From Clostridia bacterium (GTDB lineage: Bacteria; Bacillota; Clostridia; TANB77; CAG-465), in contig JAFXHJ010000002.1 of the NCBI GenBank assembly GCA_017536445.1, positions 49,467 to 113,466 on the forward strand: a DNA stretch of 64,000 nt. The letters are read 5' to 3'. The translations under genes were made by a program, and so were the position numbers. The notes beneath the pieces were generated by a model. The model did no database searches. It saw only the letters and a list, made by a program, of their open reading frames with translations, and had not been told where the DNA came from. Below, in pieces: positions 37,942 to 47,664 of the stretch; the first letter of the stretch is position 1; each line of letters starts with the position of its first letter.

Positions 37942-38688
37942 TTATTTTTTACCTTGGTTAAGTCCACGCATTGCTTCTAAACATTCAACTGGTAATGCAA
38001 ATATTACAGTGTTAGATTGATCACTACTTAAGTCATTTAATGTAGATAAAGTTCTTAAGTGTAACGCACCTGGTGTAGTACCCATTATGTTTGCAGCCAT
38101 TGCAAGGTTTGTTGCAGCTTCAACTTCACCGGCGGCTTTAGTTATAACAGATTGTTTTTCTCTTTCTGCTTCGGCAACTTTAGCCATATCTCTCTTCATT
38201 TCTTCTGGAAGAGCTACGTCTTTTAATTCAACGTTTTCAACTTTTATTCCCCATGGATCTGTTGCTGCGTCAACTATGTTACATATTTCTTGGCTAAGTT
38301 TTTCTCTTTCTGTTAATAATTCATCAAGAGATACAGAACCAACTATATTTCTCATTGTAGTTTGAGCAAGTTGAGCTACTGCATAATTGTAGTTTTGAAC
38401 TGCTAGAACAGCTTTAGAAGCGTCAAATACATTATAATAAAGAACAGCATTTATTCTTATTGAAATGTTATCTTTAGTGATTGCTTCTTGTTCAGGAACA
38501 TCAACAGCTTTAGTTCTTACGTCTATTTTACTATAAGAATGGATAACTGGTAGAATTATGTGCCAACCTGGAGCTAAAACTTTTGCAAATTTACCAAAAG
38601 AGAATAATATACCTCTTTCATATTCATTGATTTGTCTAACAGAGAATGCAACTATTACTAATGCTGCTAATAATAATAAACCTATCAT
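37942..38688 (-). CDS. SPFH/band-7 (stomatin/prohibitin-like) membrane protein
   Basis: N-terminal TM followed by an SPFH core (typical length and pattern: ...DVRTKAVDVPEQEAITKDNISIRINAVLYYNV...). Confidence 0.8.
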   Translation of the reverse strand: MIGLLLLAALVIVAFSVRQINEYERGILFSFGKFAKVLAPGWHIILPVIHSYSKIDVRTKAVDVPEQEAITKDNISIRINAVLYYNVFDASKAVLAVQNYNYAVAQLAQTTMRNIVGSVSLDELLTEREKLSQEICNIVDAATDPWGIKVENVELKDVALPEEMKRDMAKVAEAEREKQSVITKAAGEVEAATNLAMAANIMGTTPGALHLRTLSTLNDLSSDQSNTVIFALPVECLEAMRGLNQGKK

Positions 38689-38880
38689 ATTAATACCTCC
38701 TATATATTTTTCATTATATTATATGTTGAAAGTAAAGTAAATAGATTCAATTGAAATATAGATATGAAACTTTCAACTTATAACAGTTAACGATAATTTT
38801 AATGATTGTATAATATATAGGAATGTGGTATAATCTTGTAAGCTAAATATCAAAAACAAATCTTAATTAAGAGGTGCAAT

Positions 38881-39282
38881 ATGAACAAAAAAGAATTCAC
38901 AGCATACGTAGAAAAAGAATTAGAAGGGCTTACGGATGAACAAAAGATTGCTATTTTTCGAAAGATGGAAGGCAACTGGATTCCGAGCTTGCTTAAAAAA
39001 TACCAAAAAAAATTAGGCTATTACGTGGAGCCTAAGAAAAAAGATGAGTATATTCTTTGCGGAGAGTGTAAAAAATATTACTCGAAGAAAAAGGTAAAAA
39101 GTGAGTATGTAAATGAAACAAGGACAGAAACCACATATACTGACGCCGGTTATGGGGATGACGATATGATTGGAGATGTTAGGTATTTCGTAGAATACAA
39201 AACATGCCCTAGATGTGGCCATAGACAGGAAATTGGCAAACTATATATGGAAACGAAGAACGAAAGAAGAGCTAGAGGCTGA
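38881..39282 (+). CDS. hypothetical zinc-ribbon protein
   Basis: CGEC...(56 aa)...CPRC four-Cys arrangement. Confidence 0.5.
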   Translation: MNKKEFTAYVEKELEGLTDEQKIAIFRKMEGNWIPSLLKKYQKKLGYYVEPKKKDEYILCGECKKYYSKKKVKSEYVNETRTETTYTDAGYGDDDMIGDVRYFVEYKTCPRCGHRQEIGKLYMETKNERRARG

Positions 39283-39370
39283 TAAAAGGAGTGCTATTGC
39301 ACTCCTTTTTCTATTATTATGTAAAAATACAAATTTGTGTGAAATATAATAAATTATTGAATAAAAAATA

Positions 39371-39394
39371 ACCGTACAGATTATTCTGTACGGT
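39371..39394 (-). terminator. terminator of minus-strand tRNA cluster
   Basis: Perfect 10-bp stem accgtacaga-ttat-tctgtacggt followed (minus strand) by TATTTTTTAT. Confidence 0.7.
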
Positions 39395-39400
39395 ATATTT

Positions 39401-39476
39401 TGGAGCTGAAGGTCAGAATTGAACTGACGACCTGCTGATTACAAGTCAGCTGCTCTACCAGCTGAGCTACTCCAGC
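39401..39476 (-). tRNA. tRNA-Thr (anticodon UGU)
   Basis: Reverse complement folds as a cloverleaf: GCTGGAG acceptor, anticodon loop CTTGTAA, TTCAATT T-loop, encoded CCA. Confidence 0.9.
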
Positions 39477-39482
39477 GTGCAG

Positions 39483-39557
39483 TGGTGACCCGTAGGAGAG
39501 TCGAACTCCTCACTCCGCCGTGAAAGGGCGATGTCTTAACCGATTGACCAACGGGCC
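39483..39557 (-). tRNA. tRNA-Glu (anticodon UUC)
   Basis: Reverse complement GGCCCGTTGGTCAATCGG...CTTTCAC...GTTCGACTC...ACGGGTCACCA. Confidence 0.9.
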
Positions 39558-39560
39558 ATG

Positions 39561-39636
39561 TGGTGAGCTATCCGCGATTCGAACGCGGGACAACTTGATT
39601 AAAAGTCAAGTGCTCTGCCAACTGAGCTAATAGCCC
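39561..39636 (-). tRNA. tRNA-Lys (anticodon UUU)
   Basis: Reverse complement GGGCTATTAGCTCAGTTGG...CTTTTAA...GTTCGAATC...ATAGCTCACCA. Confidence 0.9.
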
Positions 39637-39664
39637 ACTAAACACTGCTCTATTAGTTTACAAT

Positions 39665-39700
39665 ATTTTTGTTTAAATGTCAACAATTTATGTTAAATTT
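39665..39700 (-). promoter_or_regulatory. probable promoter of tRNA-Lys/Glu/Thr operon
   Basis: Minus-strand TTGACA-17-TAAACT arrangement about 30 nt upstream of tRNA-Lys. Confidence 0.4.
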
Positions 39701-39777
39701 CTAAAAAAACTTTTTAAATATATTTTTACAAAAAATTACATTGCCTTGTCGAATAATCTCTAGTTTTGTAGTAATTA

Positions 39778-41631
39778 TTGCAAATGTCGATAAATATAGG
39801 TATATTTTATGCGGGTGATGGTATGCTTGCATGGTATTTGGTGATTTCTTTTATATTGTTTTTAGCTATAGATTATAAGGTGATATATAACTTTTTAGAT
39901 TCGAAAATATTATATACGTCCAGTGGCAGTAAAATCAATTATGATAAAAAGGAAGTTAAAAGTATTTTTTATATAATAGAAAATCTTAATATTGTAGACC
40001 TAATAATATTAGTAGTTTTATCTTTAATATCGTTTCTTTTGTTATTTGGAATTTCATCATATATATTTAGTATAACTCCGTTATATTTAAATTTAGGATA
40101 TAAAAGTATAAATATCCATATAGCGTTTGCAGGGGTTATTGAAGAGCTAAAGTTAATATATAATTTATCACAATTTTTATTCTGTATAATATTTATATTC
40201 CGCTTTAAGAATCAAATAATAAATTTTATTAAGAAACAATTAATAAGTATATTAAATAAAGATACAGATGAACCTTCAAGACAAATTTTAGAGGATAAAT
40301 CGTATAATGTTGGAAGAGATGAAAATGATGAGTGTATAAGTATATTGGAAAAGTCACTGTATCAAAATGTATTAATAACCGATAGTATTGGTAGTGGGAA
40401 AACAAGCGGAGCAATATCTAGACTGACTTATTCGCTAATAAAAAGTGGTAAAAGTGGACTAATACTAGATGTAAAAGGGAATTTTGCACATACAATAGAA
40501 GAAATGTGTAAAAGGTGCGGAAGATATGCGGATTTGAAAATAATATCTAAAAATTCGGATACGTATTTCAACATATTAAATCCGTCGAGTTCTTGTTTAG
40601 AACTTGCGAATAGGGTAAAACAAATATTAGAATTGTTATCAGTTAAAAATAACAGTGATTCATATTGGCTAGATAAAGTGCAAAATTTTCTTACAAATAT
40701 ATTTATAATAATGAAATATTTAAATAAGTTTAATATATTAGAATTGCACAAATTAATTACAGAAGAAAACTACTTGAAACAAACAATAGGTTGTATAAAA
40801 GAAAAAGTTATTAAAAATCCACCAAATGATAAATTGGCCTTTGAACTTAGCAATGCTGTTAATTTCATATCTAAAGAATTTGACGGCTTAGATACAAGAG
40901 TGAAGTCTATTATTAAATCCGAGATAACAAGATTTACCACACCTTTAATTACGGAATATGATATATATAATCAGTTTTGTAATAAAGGAAATAAAGAAGA
41001 AGTTTATTTCAATGACAAAAACATAATTGTTTTATCGATTCCAACAGGAGAAAATAGAACCATTTCAAAAATAATGGCGATCATACTAAAATTAGAATTT
41101 CAAAAATATGTTTTATCAAATCTTTCTAATCCGATACCAATTTTTTTCATAGCAGATGAATTCCAAGAGTTCGCAAATGTAGCAGATAGTGAATTTTTAT
41201 CACTGTCAAGAGAAGCTAAATGTATAAATATAATTAGTACGCAAAGTTATTCATCTTTAAAGTCCACGTTAAAAGATGAACAAGGGACAAATGTAATCAT
41301 ACAAAATTTAGTCAATAAAATATGGTTTAGGACGGACGATAACTATACAGTATCAGAAATAATAAAACAACTAGGAAAGACAAATGTTATAAGAGAAAAC
41401 AAAAGTATTAGCGAAGCGGGAACAGAGAGTAAAAAATATATTTTTAAAGAGGGGTTTAGAAACACCAAAAGTAGTATATCTAAGACGTTAAATTATGTAG
41501 AAACAAAAGAAAATGAATATGATGAAAACTTTTTTACCAGAGAGCTTAAAACCTTTGAAGCTCTTGCACTATTGGTTGGCAAAGAAGGAATAGAAGAACC
41601 TAAAAAAATAATATTTGAGAGGTGGAAATAA
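39778..41631 (+). CDS. VirD4/TraG/TraD-like type IV secretion coupling-protein ATPase (membrane-anchored P-loop NTPase)
   Basis: N-terminal TM segments. Walker A 'DSIGSGKTSGA'. Walker B-like 'IFFIADEFQEF'. ~617 aa. Exact start uncertain. Confidence 0.5.
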   Translation: MQMSINIGIFYAGDGMLAWYLVISFILFLAIDYKVIYNFLDSKILYTSSGSKINYDKKEVKSIFYIIENLNIVDLIILVVLSLISFLLLFGISSYIFSITPLYLNLGYKSINIHIAFAGVIEELKLIYNLSQFLFCIIFIFRFKNQIINFIKKQLISILNKDTDEPSRQILEDKSYNVGRDENDECISILEKSLYQNVLITDSIGSGKTSGAISRLTYSLIKSGKSGLILDVKGNFAHTIEEMCKRCGRYADLKIISKNSDTYFNILNPSSSCLELANRVKQILELLSVKNNSDSYWLDKVQNFLTNIFIIMKYLNKFNILELHKLITEENYLKQTIGCIKEKVIKNPPNDKLAFELSNAVNFISKEFDGLDTRVKSIIKSEITRFTTPLITEYDIYNQFCNKGNKEEVYFNDKNIIVLSIPTGENRTISKIMAIILKLEFQKYVLSNLSNPIPIFFIADEFQEFANVADSEFLSLSREAKCINIISTQSYSSLKSTLKDEQGTNVIIQNLVNKIWFRTDDNYTVSEIIKQLGKTNVIRENKSISEAGTESKKYIFKEGFRNTKSSISKTLNYVETKENEYDENFFTRELKTFEALALLVGKEGIEEPKKIIFERWK

Positions 41632-41982
41632 ATGAAAAAAGCAGAAATGAGAAAAAATAATGTAATGATAAAAGCTATATGTTGCACATTTTTAATGTGT
41701 TTGTTAGTTGTAGAAGGGAGCTATGTTTATGCAGCTTCGTCGACACCTACTTTAATAAATAAATTAAATACAGGATTGAAAAAAATATTAGAATATTTAG
41801 AGAAATTAGCAACTCCAGCAGCAGGGGTTGCGATAGCTACAGGGGTTATGATAAGAAAACTTAGCTTTGGAGATGAAGAAAAACTTATACTCGGAAAGCG
41901 TACTATAATAAATGCGATTGTTGGTTATTTAACAATACAACTAATAGATTTAATAATCAAATTTATCGAGGAAATAGTATAG
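41632..41982 (+). CDS. small secreted/membrane protein, VirB2/TrbC pilin-like topology
   Basis: Signal peptide followed by two hydrophobic helices (AAGVAIATGVMI; IINAIVGYLTIQLIDLII). Confidence 0.35.
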   Translation: MKKAEMRKNNVMIKAICCTFLMCLLVVEGSYVYAASSTPTLINKLNTGLKKILEYLEKLATPAAGVAIATGVMIRKLSFGDEEKLILGKRTIINAIVGYLTIQLIDLIIKFIEEIV

Positions 41983-42806
41983 TGGGAGCAGACGTATTAA
42001 ACAATCTTAACATATTGCTAGAGAAGTTGTTTGGAACCGTTGAAACAGAAGTTTTCAAAATGTTAGATAAACTATATAAAATAACTCCTGAAATTTTAGA
42101 AGAAGAGCCGCTAAAGAGTATACTTTCTAAAAGTACAGAAGAAAATGTAACTTTAATTTTATTCAGCTTAATTATACTATTTATAATATTTTATTTAATT
42201 ACTTATATGGTTTCGTTATATAGTGGAAATTATCAAGAAAATGTGTTTAAATTTGTATTTAAATTAACGGTATTCTTTATTTTGAGTTCATCGAGCATAT
42301 TTATAATGGAAACAATATTAGATTTAAACAATATGTTAACAGACGTAATTTTAAATATAGGAGAAGATATAACGAAAAAAGAAATTGCCTTTGAAAGTTT
42401 AAAGGAAAGTATATTAGATGTTGAAAAGTATATGTCTAAGGATGCTATTTCTATAGATGGAATCATTAAAGGAGTTGTTTCAATTGGAGCTTCTTCAATA
42501 TTAATCACGCTTTTAATAAGGTACGTAACGGTGATTATATTAATAATTCTAAGTCCTATAGCAATTATGCTTTCTGTTAACAGTAGCACAACTAGTTTGT
42601 TTTTTGCATGGCTTAAATCTTTCCTAGTTAATATATTAAGTCAAAATTTAATAGCAATTATATTAATAATTCCGCTTTCATTCAAAAATACAGAAGAGAT
42701 AATGTACAAGATTATTCTTGCAGGAAGTATATACTTGTTATATAAAATTAATTCATTTGCAAGAGAGTTGATAAATATATCAGGAGGGATAAATGCTAGA
42801 AAGTGA
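41982..42806 (+). CDS. polytopic membrane protein (VirB6/TrbL-like candidate)
   Basis: GTG start with RBS gaggaaat. At least five TM helices. Confidence 0.4.
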   Translation: MGADVLNNLNILLEKLFGTVETEVFKMLDKLYKITPEILEEEPLKSILSKSTEENVTLILFSLIILFIIFYLITYMVSLYSGNYQENVFKFVFKLTVFFILSSSSIFIMETILDLNNMLTDVILNIGEDITKKEIAFESLKESILDVEKYMSKDAISIDGIIKGVVSIGASSILITLLIRYVTVIILIILSPIAIMLSVNSSTTSLFFAWLKSFLVNILSQNLIAIILIIPLSFKNTEEIMYKIILAGSIYLLYKINSFARELINISGGINARK

Positions 42807-43104
42807 TAAAGTGTATCGTAATTTTAATAGAAAAAATAGATTTCTGGGAATTATAGATTACAAAACCTTAACATTATTTTTGGGATATGTGTGGATAGTG
42901 TGGAAAATTTCAATCAAAATCTTTAATAGCATCACATACTGTATATATTTTATGATGTTTTTAATAATACCGGTAATAGGTTTAGTACATGCAAATAGAA
43001 ATGAAGAAGATATATCGCATGTTATATATGTAATAATTAAATTTCTGTTTTCTTCTAAGTTATATATATTTAAACTTAACCATAAAAAATATTGGAATAA
43101 ATAA
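42793..43104 (+). CDS. small 2-TM membrane protein (VirB3-like candidate)
   Basis: 103 aa, two TM helices. Overlaps the upstream gene. Confidence 0.35.
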   Translation: MLESDKVYRNFNRKNRFLGIIDYKTLTLFLGYVWIVWKISIKIFNSITYCIYFMMFLIIPVIGLVHANRNEEDISHVIYVIIKFLFSSKLYIFKLNHKKYWNK

Positions 43105-43161
43105 TTGTTGTAAAATGTAAAATATAATGGTATAATTGCACCATAAAGGAGAGTGAGTCAT

Positions 43162-44130
43162 ATGAAGTTTGTAGAAAAATTAAATAGAGAAGTAATGGAT
43201 GTAGAATTACCAGGAATATTTGTAAACAATTGTATGACATCACTAGACGAGCTTAGTTTAAAATTATATATATATATAAAATTTATAGCTAAGAACAATA
43301 TGGAGTTTGCTAGAGCTGACATAGCAAAAAAACTAGGTGTAAAAGTTGCAGAATTAGAGAAAGCTTTTGATACCCTAGAAGCAGAAGAACTTGTAATAAA
43401 AACGATAGATGGTTATGATATTCTAGATGTTAAGGAACAAGAATTAAATAAAATATATATACCGAAACTTGAGCCAAAGGTATCTAAGGTGAAAAGTGAT
43501 GTTGAAAAGAAAAGAATTGCGGCAGCAAACGCTATTAATGAGAGCTTTTTCCAAGGTATTATGGCGCTTTGTTGGTTTGTAGATATCAACACACTATTTG
43601 AAAAATATGGATTTGAAGAAGATGTTATGATAGCTTTGTTCCATGAATGTGCTGAAAGAAAGGCATTAAATAAAAACTATGTATTTAAGGTTGCGGAATC
43701 TTGGTACAAGGGTGGAGTAAAAACATTTGTAGATCTAGAGGACTATTTAAATGAACAAGATAAACTTCAACAAATAAAAGCTAAGATAAAATCTAAATTA
43801 AGACTTAATAGAGCTTTTACAGAATATGAAGAAGTGTATATTTCAGAGTGGATAAATAAATATGGCTATACATTTGATGAAATAGATTATGCAATAAAGA
43901 AAACGGTAGCAAAAGGGAATGCTTCCATCGGTTATATTAATGGAATACTTACAAATTGGTATGAAAGTGGATATAAAACTCTTGCAAGTATTATTGAAGC
44001 TGAAGGAACAGTAACAAAACAGAAGATAGCAAGCGAAACACAGAAAGTAGCTCAAAGTAAAACGTTAAAACATAAGAATTATGAACAAGATAAAGCAATA
44101 GATTGGAATCAATACTATGATAATATGTAG
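43162..44130 (+). CDS. DnaD/DnaB-family replication initiation / replisome organiser protein (two DDBH2-type repeats)
   Basis: 'YVFKVAESWYKGGVKTFVDLEDY' and 'IDYAIKKTVAKGNASIGYINGILTNWYESGYKTLASIIEA' match the DnaD C-terminal domain pattern. Confidence 0.65.
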   Translation: MKFVEKLNREVMDVELPGIFVNNCMTSLDELSLKLYIYIKFIAKNNMEFARADIAKKLGVKVAELEKAFDTLEAEELVIKTIDGYDILDVKEQELNKIYIPKLEPKVSKVKSDVEKKRIAAANAINESFFQGIMALCWFVDINTLFEKYGFEEDVMIALFHECAERKALNKNYVFKVAESWYKGGVKTFVDLEDYLNEQDKLQQIKAKIKSKLRLNRAFTEYEEVYISEWINKYGYTFDEIDYAIKKTVAKGNASIGYINGILTNWYESGYKTLASIIEAEGTVTKQKIASETQKVAQSKTLKHKNYEQDKAIDWNQYYDNM

Positions 44131-44138
44131 GAGGAATT

Positions 44139-45152
44139 ATGAATTCATACATATCTAAAGATTTACAAAGAGAATATGACCTAAAAAGGCAACGTGCTAT
44201 CGGTGAAGCTGAGACAAGAAGAAAAGAATTATTAGAAAGACTTCCAAGATACGAAGAACTTTTAATAAGGAAAAATAAATTGGCTATAGAGATGGCAAAG
44301 ACAATGTTAAAAGGAAACGATTTAGACAGACAAATTGCTGAAGAAAATATGAAAATAAAGTTGGGAGAAATAGATAGAGAGATAGAAACTTTGTTTGTTA
44401 GTGAAGGGCTGCCAAAAGATTATATATATCCAAAATTTGAATGTGGTAAATGTGAAGATACGGGATTTATTAGACTTGGAAACAAGGAAACTAGATGCTC
44501 TTGTTTTACCCAAAAAGTAGTAAATATAACATATAAACAGAATAATATGTTAAGATTAGAAGATGAGAATTTTAATACTTTTGATATAGCATATTTTTCT
44601 AATAAGGTAGATAAAGAAAAATATCAATCAGATAAATCGCCGTTACAAAACATAGAAGATATAAAAAAACTATCTATATCATTTGTTAATAATCTAGATA
44701 ATCCATGCCAAAAGAATTTATTATTTACAGGAAGAGCTGGCACGGGAAAAACGTTTATGAGTAGTGCAATAGCACATAGTGCAGTAAACAAAGGCTATTC
44801 TGTGTTATATCAAACAGCTCCACTTCTAATGGATATGATAATAGAAGCAAAATTTGCGGGATATAAAGACGAAACAAAGAAGGAACAATATAATAGAGTG
44901 TTTGATGTAGATTTATTGATAATAGATGATCTTGGAACTGAAAATTTGAGTAATACCAAATTTACGGAATTATTTAATATAATAAATACAAGACTTTTAA
45001 AAGATAAGAAAACAATTATATCTACAAATTTAACACTTCAAGATTTAGCAGTTCAATATGATGACAGAGTAATGTCGAGACTTATTGGAAACTATACAAT
45101 ATGTAGATTTTTTGGAGATGACATTAGGCTTAAGAAAAAGAAAATGTGTTAG
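44139..45152 (+). CDS. DnaI/DnaC-like helicase loader (IstB-like AAA+ ATPase) with N-terminal zinc-binding motif
   Basis: Walker A 'FTGRAGTGKTF', Walker B 'LLIIDDLGTE'. N-terminal CGKCEDTG...CSC. Confidence 0.75.
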   Translation: MNSYISKDLQREYDLKRQRAIGEAETRRKELLERLPRYEELLIRKNKLAIEMAKTMLKGNDLDRQIAEENMKIKLGEIDREIETLFVSEGLPKDYIYPKFECGKCEDTGFIRLGNKETRCSCFTQKVVNITYKQNNMLRLEDENFNTFDIAYFSNKVDKEKYQSDKSPLQNIEDIKKLSISFVNNLDNPCQKNLLFTGRAGTGKTFMSSAIAHSAVNKGYSVLYQTAPLLMDMIIEAKFAGYKDETKKEQYNRVFDVDLLIIDDLGTENLSNTKFTELFNIINTRLLKDKKTIISTNLTLQDLAVQYDDRVMSRLIGNYTICRFFGDDIRLKKKKMC

Positions 45153-45197
45153 AAAATAAAAAATAGCAACCAACGGTTGCTATTTTGTTTTTATATA

Positions 45198-45518
45198 TTA
45201 TTCTACAAAGCTATCCTTAACATCTTTAACAAATCTCTTAACTAAAGATAATTGCTTGTCTGTTAGAACTATCTCGTCGGCTTCACAAACTTGGTTTGTC
45301 AATGATTCAGCAAATAGAACATCTAGACTTATTCCAAGAACATTAGATAATCTTATAGCTGTTGTTATACTAGGAGCTTTAATGCCTCTTTCGATATCTC
45401 CTAAGAAGTTTTGTGAAACACCTACTTCTTCAGCTAATGCATATTGTGTTAAATCCAACTTTAATCTGCCTTGTTTTATTCTTTTGCCTAGCATTTCTAA
45501 ATTTAAATATGATGTCAT
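45198..45518 (-). CDS. XRE-family HTH transcriptional regulator
   Basis: 'LTQYALAEEVGVSQNFLGDIERGIKAPSITTAIRLSNVLGISLDVLF'. Confidence 0.8.
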   Translation of the reverse strand: MTSYLNLEMLGKRIKQGRLKLDLTQYALAEEVGVSQNFLGDIERGIKAPSITTAIRLSNVLGISLDVLFAESLTNQVCEADEIVLTDKQLSLVKRFVKDVKDSFVE

Positions 45519-45610
45519 TTTACCACCTCACGCTTATAGTATAAATATACACTACGAGGGTGGAAAACTGAACAAGCGCAAAGTTGGCAAATAAACGCTC
45601 TTGGCGTTTA

Positions 45611-45997
45611 TTACAACAATGTTACTATTGCATTTGCAGTTGCATAATCTTTTATATGAGATATGCTTACATCAATTAATAACTTTTCTTCTTTTTGCAT
45701 AATATTAAGTTCTGGTTTTAATATATTAACTATAGGACGGTTCTTATTATCCTTATCATTTAATATTTCTATTTCATTTAGGCTTACACTGTTATCTATT
45801 TTAGATAAGCTTTTGTATATAGCTTCTTTAGCTGCAAATCTACCAGCATAATGTTCAAAACGTGTAACATCAGATTTTTTATCTGCATATTCTATTTCTA
45901 AGGATGTAAATACTTTTTCTTTGAAACCTGGAGTAGAGAGCACGGCTTTTTTAACTCTTGCTACTTCAATTATATCTGTACCACAATAATAACGCAT
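45611..45997 (-). CDS. acpS: holo-[acyl-carrier-protein] synthase (4'-phosphopantetheinyl transferase)
   Basis: N-terminal 'GTDIIEVARV' and 'FTSLEIEY...FAAKEAIYKSL' typical of AcpS, ~125 aa. Confidence 0.8.
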   Translation of the reverse strand: MRYYCGTDIIEVARVKKAVLSTPGFKEKVFTSLEIEYADKKSDVTRFEHYAGRFAAKEAIYKSLSKIDNSVSLNEIEILNDKDNKNRPIVNILKPELNIMQKEEKLLIDVSISHIKDYATANAIVTLL

Positions 45998-46036
45998 AAA
46001 TCCTCCTAAAAATCTATATAAATTTTAACATAATAC

Positions 46037-46065
46037 TTGCATTTTTTCAATAAATATATTATAAT
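46037..46065 (+). promoter_or_regulatory. promoter for tRNA-Pro (TTGCAT-17-TATAAT)
   Basis: Read directly upstream of the tRNA. Confidence 0.55.
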
Positions 46066-46076
46066 ACTATTCGTAT

Positions 46077-46152
46077 CGGGGTGTAGCTCAGTTGGTAGAG
46101 CGCGTGGTTTGGGACCATGAGGTCGCAGGTTCGGGTCCTGTCACTCCGACCA
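46077..46152 (+). tRNA. tRNA-Pro (anticodon UGG)
   Basis: CGGGGTG acceptor, anticodon loop TTTGGGA, TTCGGGT T-loop, encoded CCA. Confidence 0.9.
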
Positions 46153-46156
46153 TATT

Positions 46157-46182
46157 GAAGGCGAAAGCCTTCTTTTTTTTTT
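46157..46182 (+). terminator. terminator after tRNA-Pro
   Basis: gaaggc-gaaa-gccttc followed by T10. Confidence 0.8.
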
Positions 46183-46236
46183 ATGTCTTTACAAAAGAAG
46201 TTATATGTGATAGCATAATTTAAAGAGGTAAATAAT

Positions 46237-47607
46237 ATGACCAAAGAAGAGAAACAAGAAGAGATAAAAAAGAAAATATTAGCTGCTGGTGGAAAGATTG
46301 TTCATGTCGTTGGAAATGAAGCAGAAGTAGATATGATAGCTAGTAAAGGACAACTTTTTGATGGTGAAACTTCTATTGTAGAAGGTGGCCCTGCGATGTT
46401 GTGCCATGATAATTCGCTAAAATTTTATTTAGAAAATAAAGGAATGAGACTATGTACTGGTTATGCTGCGACTGTAACGGGCAACGATTATATGTGGGTA
46501 AAACATTCGTGGTGTATAGATAAGGATGGTATAATACATGAATGCACTCCTGAAAAAAGAGATAAATATTATGGAGCAATAATGGATGAGAGAGAAACTG
46601 AACGTTTTAGAAGAGAAAAAGACTATGCTTATGATGCGGAATGTAGAAGAAGGGAAATGGAGGAAAAAGATATGAGTGTAACAGAAGAAAAAGGAATAAA
46701 AGGATGGATGAAAAAGATATTTGTAAAAAAAGATACAAAACCATTAAAAATGTCTCTACAAGAATATGCGGCGCGAAAAGGAGTGGATACTCCGTTGGGG
46801 TATGTATATACAAGATTAAAACTATTAAAGATGGCAAGAGAAGAAGGTATAGATCTTACAGTACAAATAAATTCCAATATGCCTATAATGACTAATGTAA
46901 CATTAGGGAATAAAATACAAGAAGGTGTAGATGCGGGAGAAATAGAATTTAATTCTTTGGATGAAACGTTAGATTTTGACGAGTTGGCAAAGCAAATAAC
47001 AGGAAATGAGGAAATGACATGGGACGCTCATATTTTTGCCGAAGAGCAAGAAGAAAGGACTGCAAAAGCAAGGAGTGAAGAAAAAGAGGCTGAAAGAAAG
47101 GAAAAAGCAAAAAAAGAACTTTCGGTAACAATTGAAGAATTGGGAAATTATTCATATGGTAAAGCGTTAGAAGAATATGCAGATCCAGAAAAAGTGGATG
47201 AGCTTGGTGTTCAAGCTTTAAAAGAGGCTTTAGAAGTAATAAAAGCATGCGAAGCTGGAGAAAAGCCAAAAGAAGTTATGGATAGATTGGAAATAGAGGA
47301 GCCAGGTATAATTATGTCTTTAATCGCTAGAATCTCTAAAAAAGGACCAGAATTATATAAAACATACATAGGAGAAAATGGAATATCTATAGAAGATTTA
47401 GATAAATCAACGCAAAAAAGATTTAAGGAAATAGAAGAAAGAAATGAAAGATATGACGCAGAAGAAGAAAGACAGAAAGGATTTGGAGAAACTCTTGCTA
47501 AAGTAACGGATGACGTGGAATTTTCTGAATTTGTAGAGGTTGAACAGGAAAATGCGACAGAGATAAAACAAGATAGAGAAACACCAGAGGACGAAGAAAT
47601 AAAGTAA
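46237..47607 (+). CDS. hypothetical protein with Cys/His-containing N-terminal domain and highly charged (E/K-rich) C-terminal half
   Basis: 456-aa ORF with RBS agaggtaaataatATG. No recognised motif. Confidence 0.5.
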   Translation: MTKEEKQEEIKKKILAAGGKIVHVVGNEAEVDMIASKGQLFDGETSIVEGGPAMLCHDNSLKFYLENKGMRLCTGYAATVTGNDYMWVKHSWCIDKDGIIHECTPEKRDKYYGAIMDERETERFRREKDYAYDAECRRREMEEKDMSVTEEKGIKGWMKKIFVKKDTKPLKMSLQEYAARKGVDTPLGYVYTRLKLLKMAREEGIDLTVQINSNMPIMTNVTLGNKIQEGVDAGEIEFNSLDETLDFDELAKQITGNEEMTWDAHIFAEEQEERTAKARSEEKEAERKEKAKKELSVTIEELGNYSYGKALEEYADPEKVDELGVQALKEALEVIKACEAGEKPKEVMDRLEIEEPGIIMSLIARISKKGPELYKTYIGENGISIEDLDKSTQKRFKEIEERNERYDAEEERQKGFGETLAKVTDDVEFSEFVEVEQENATEIKQDRETPEDEEIK

Positions 47608-47664
47608 GTTAATAATATTAACCAAAACATTAAAAATAAGTCTACCATATCGGTAGACTTATTT

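Noticed and set aside
43153-43161. GTG start (43153) for the DnaD-like gene as in the ORF track
   Set aside because: GTG would sit 1 nt after the SD. The ATG at 43162 has proper SD spacing (aaggag-N10-ATG).
46059-46244. 61-aa minus-strand ORF
   Set aside because: Overlaps tRNA-Pro and its terminator; spurious.
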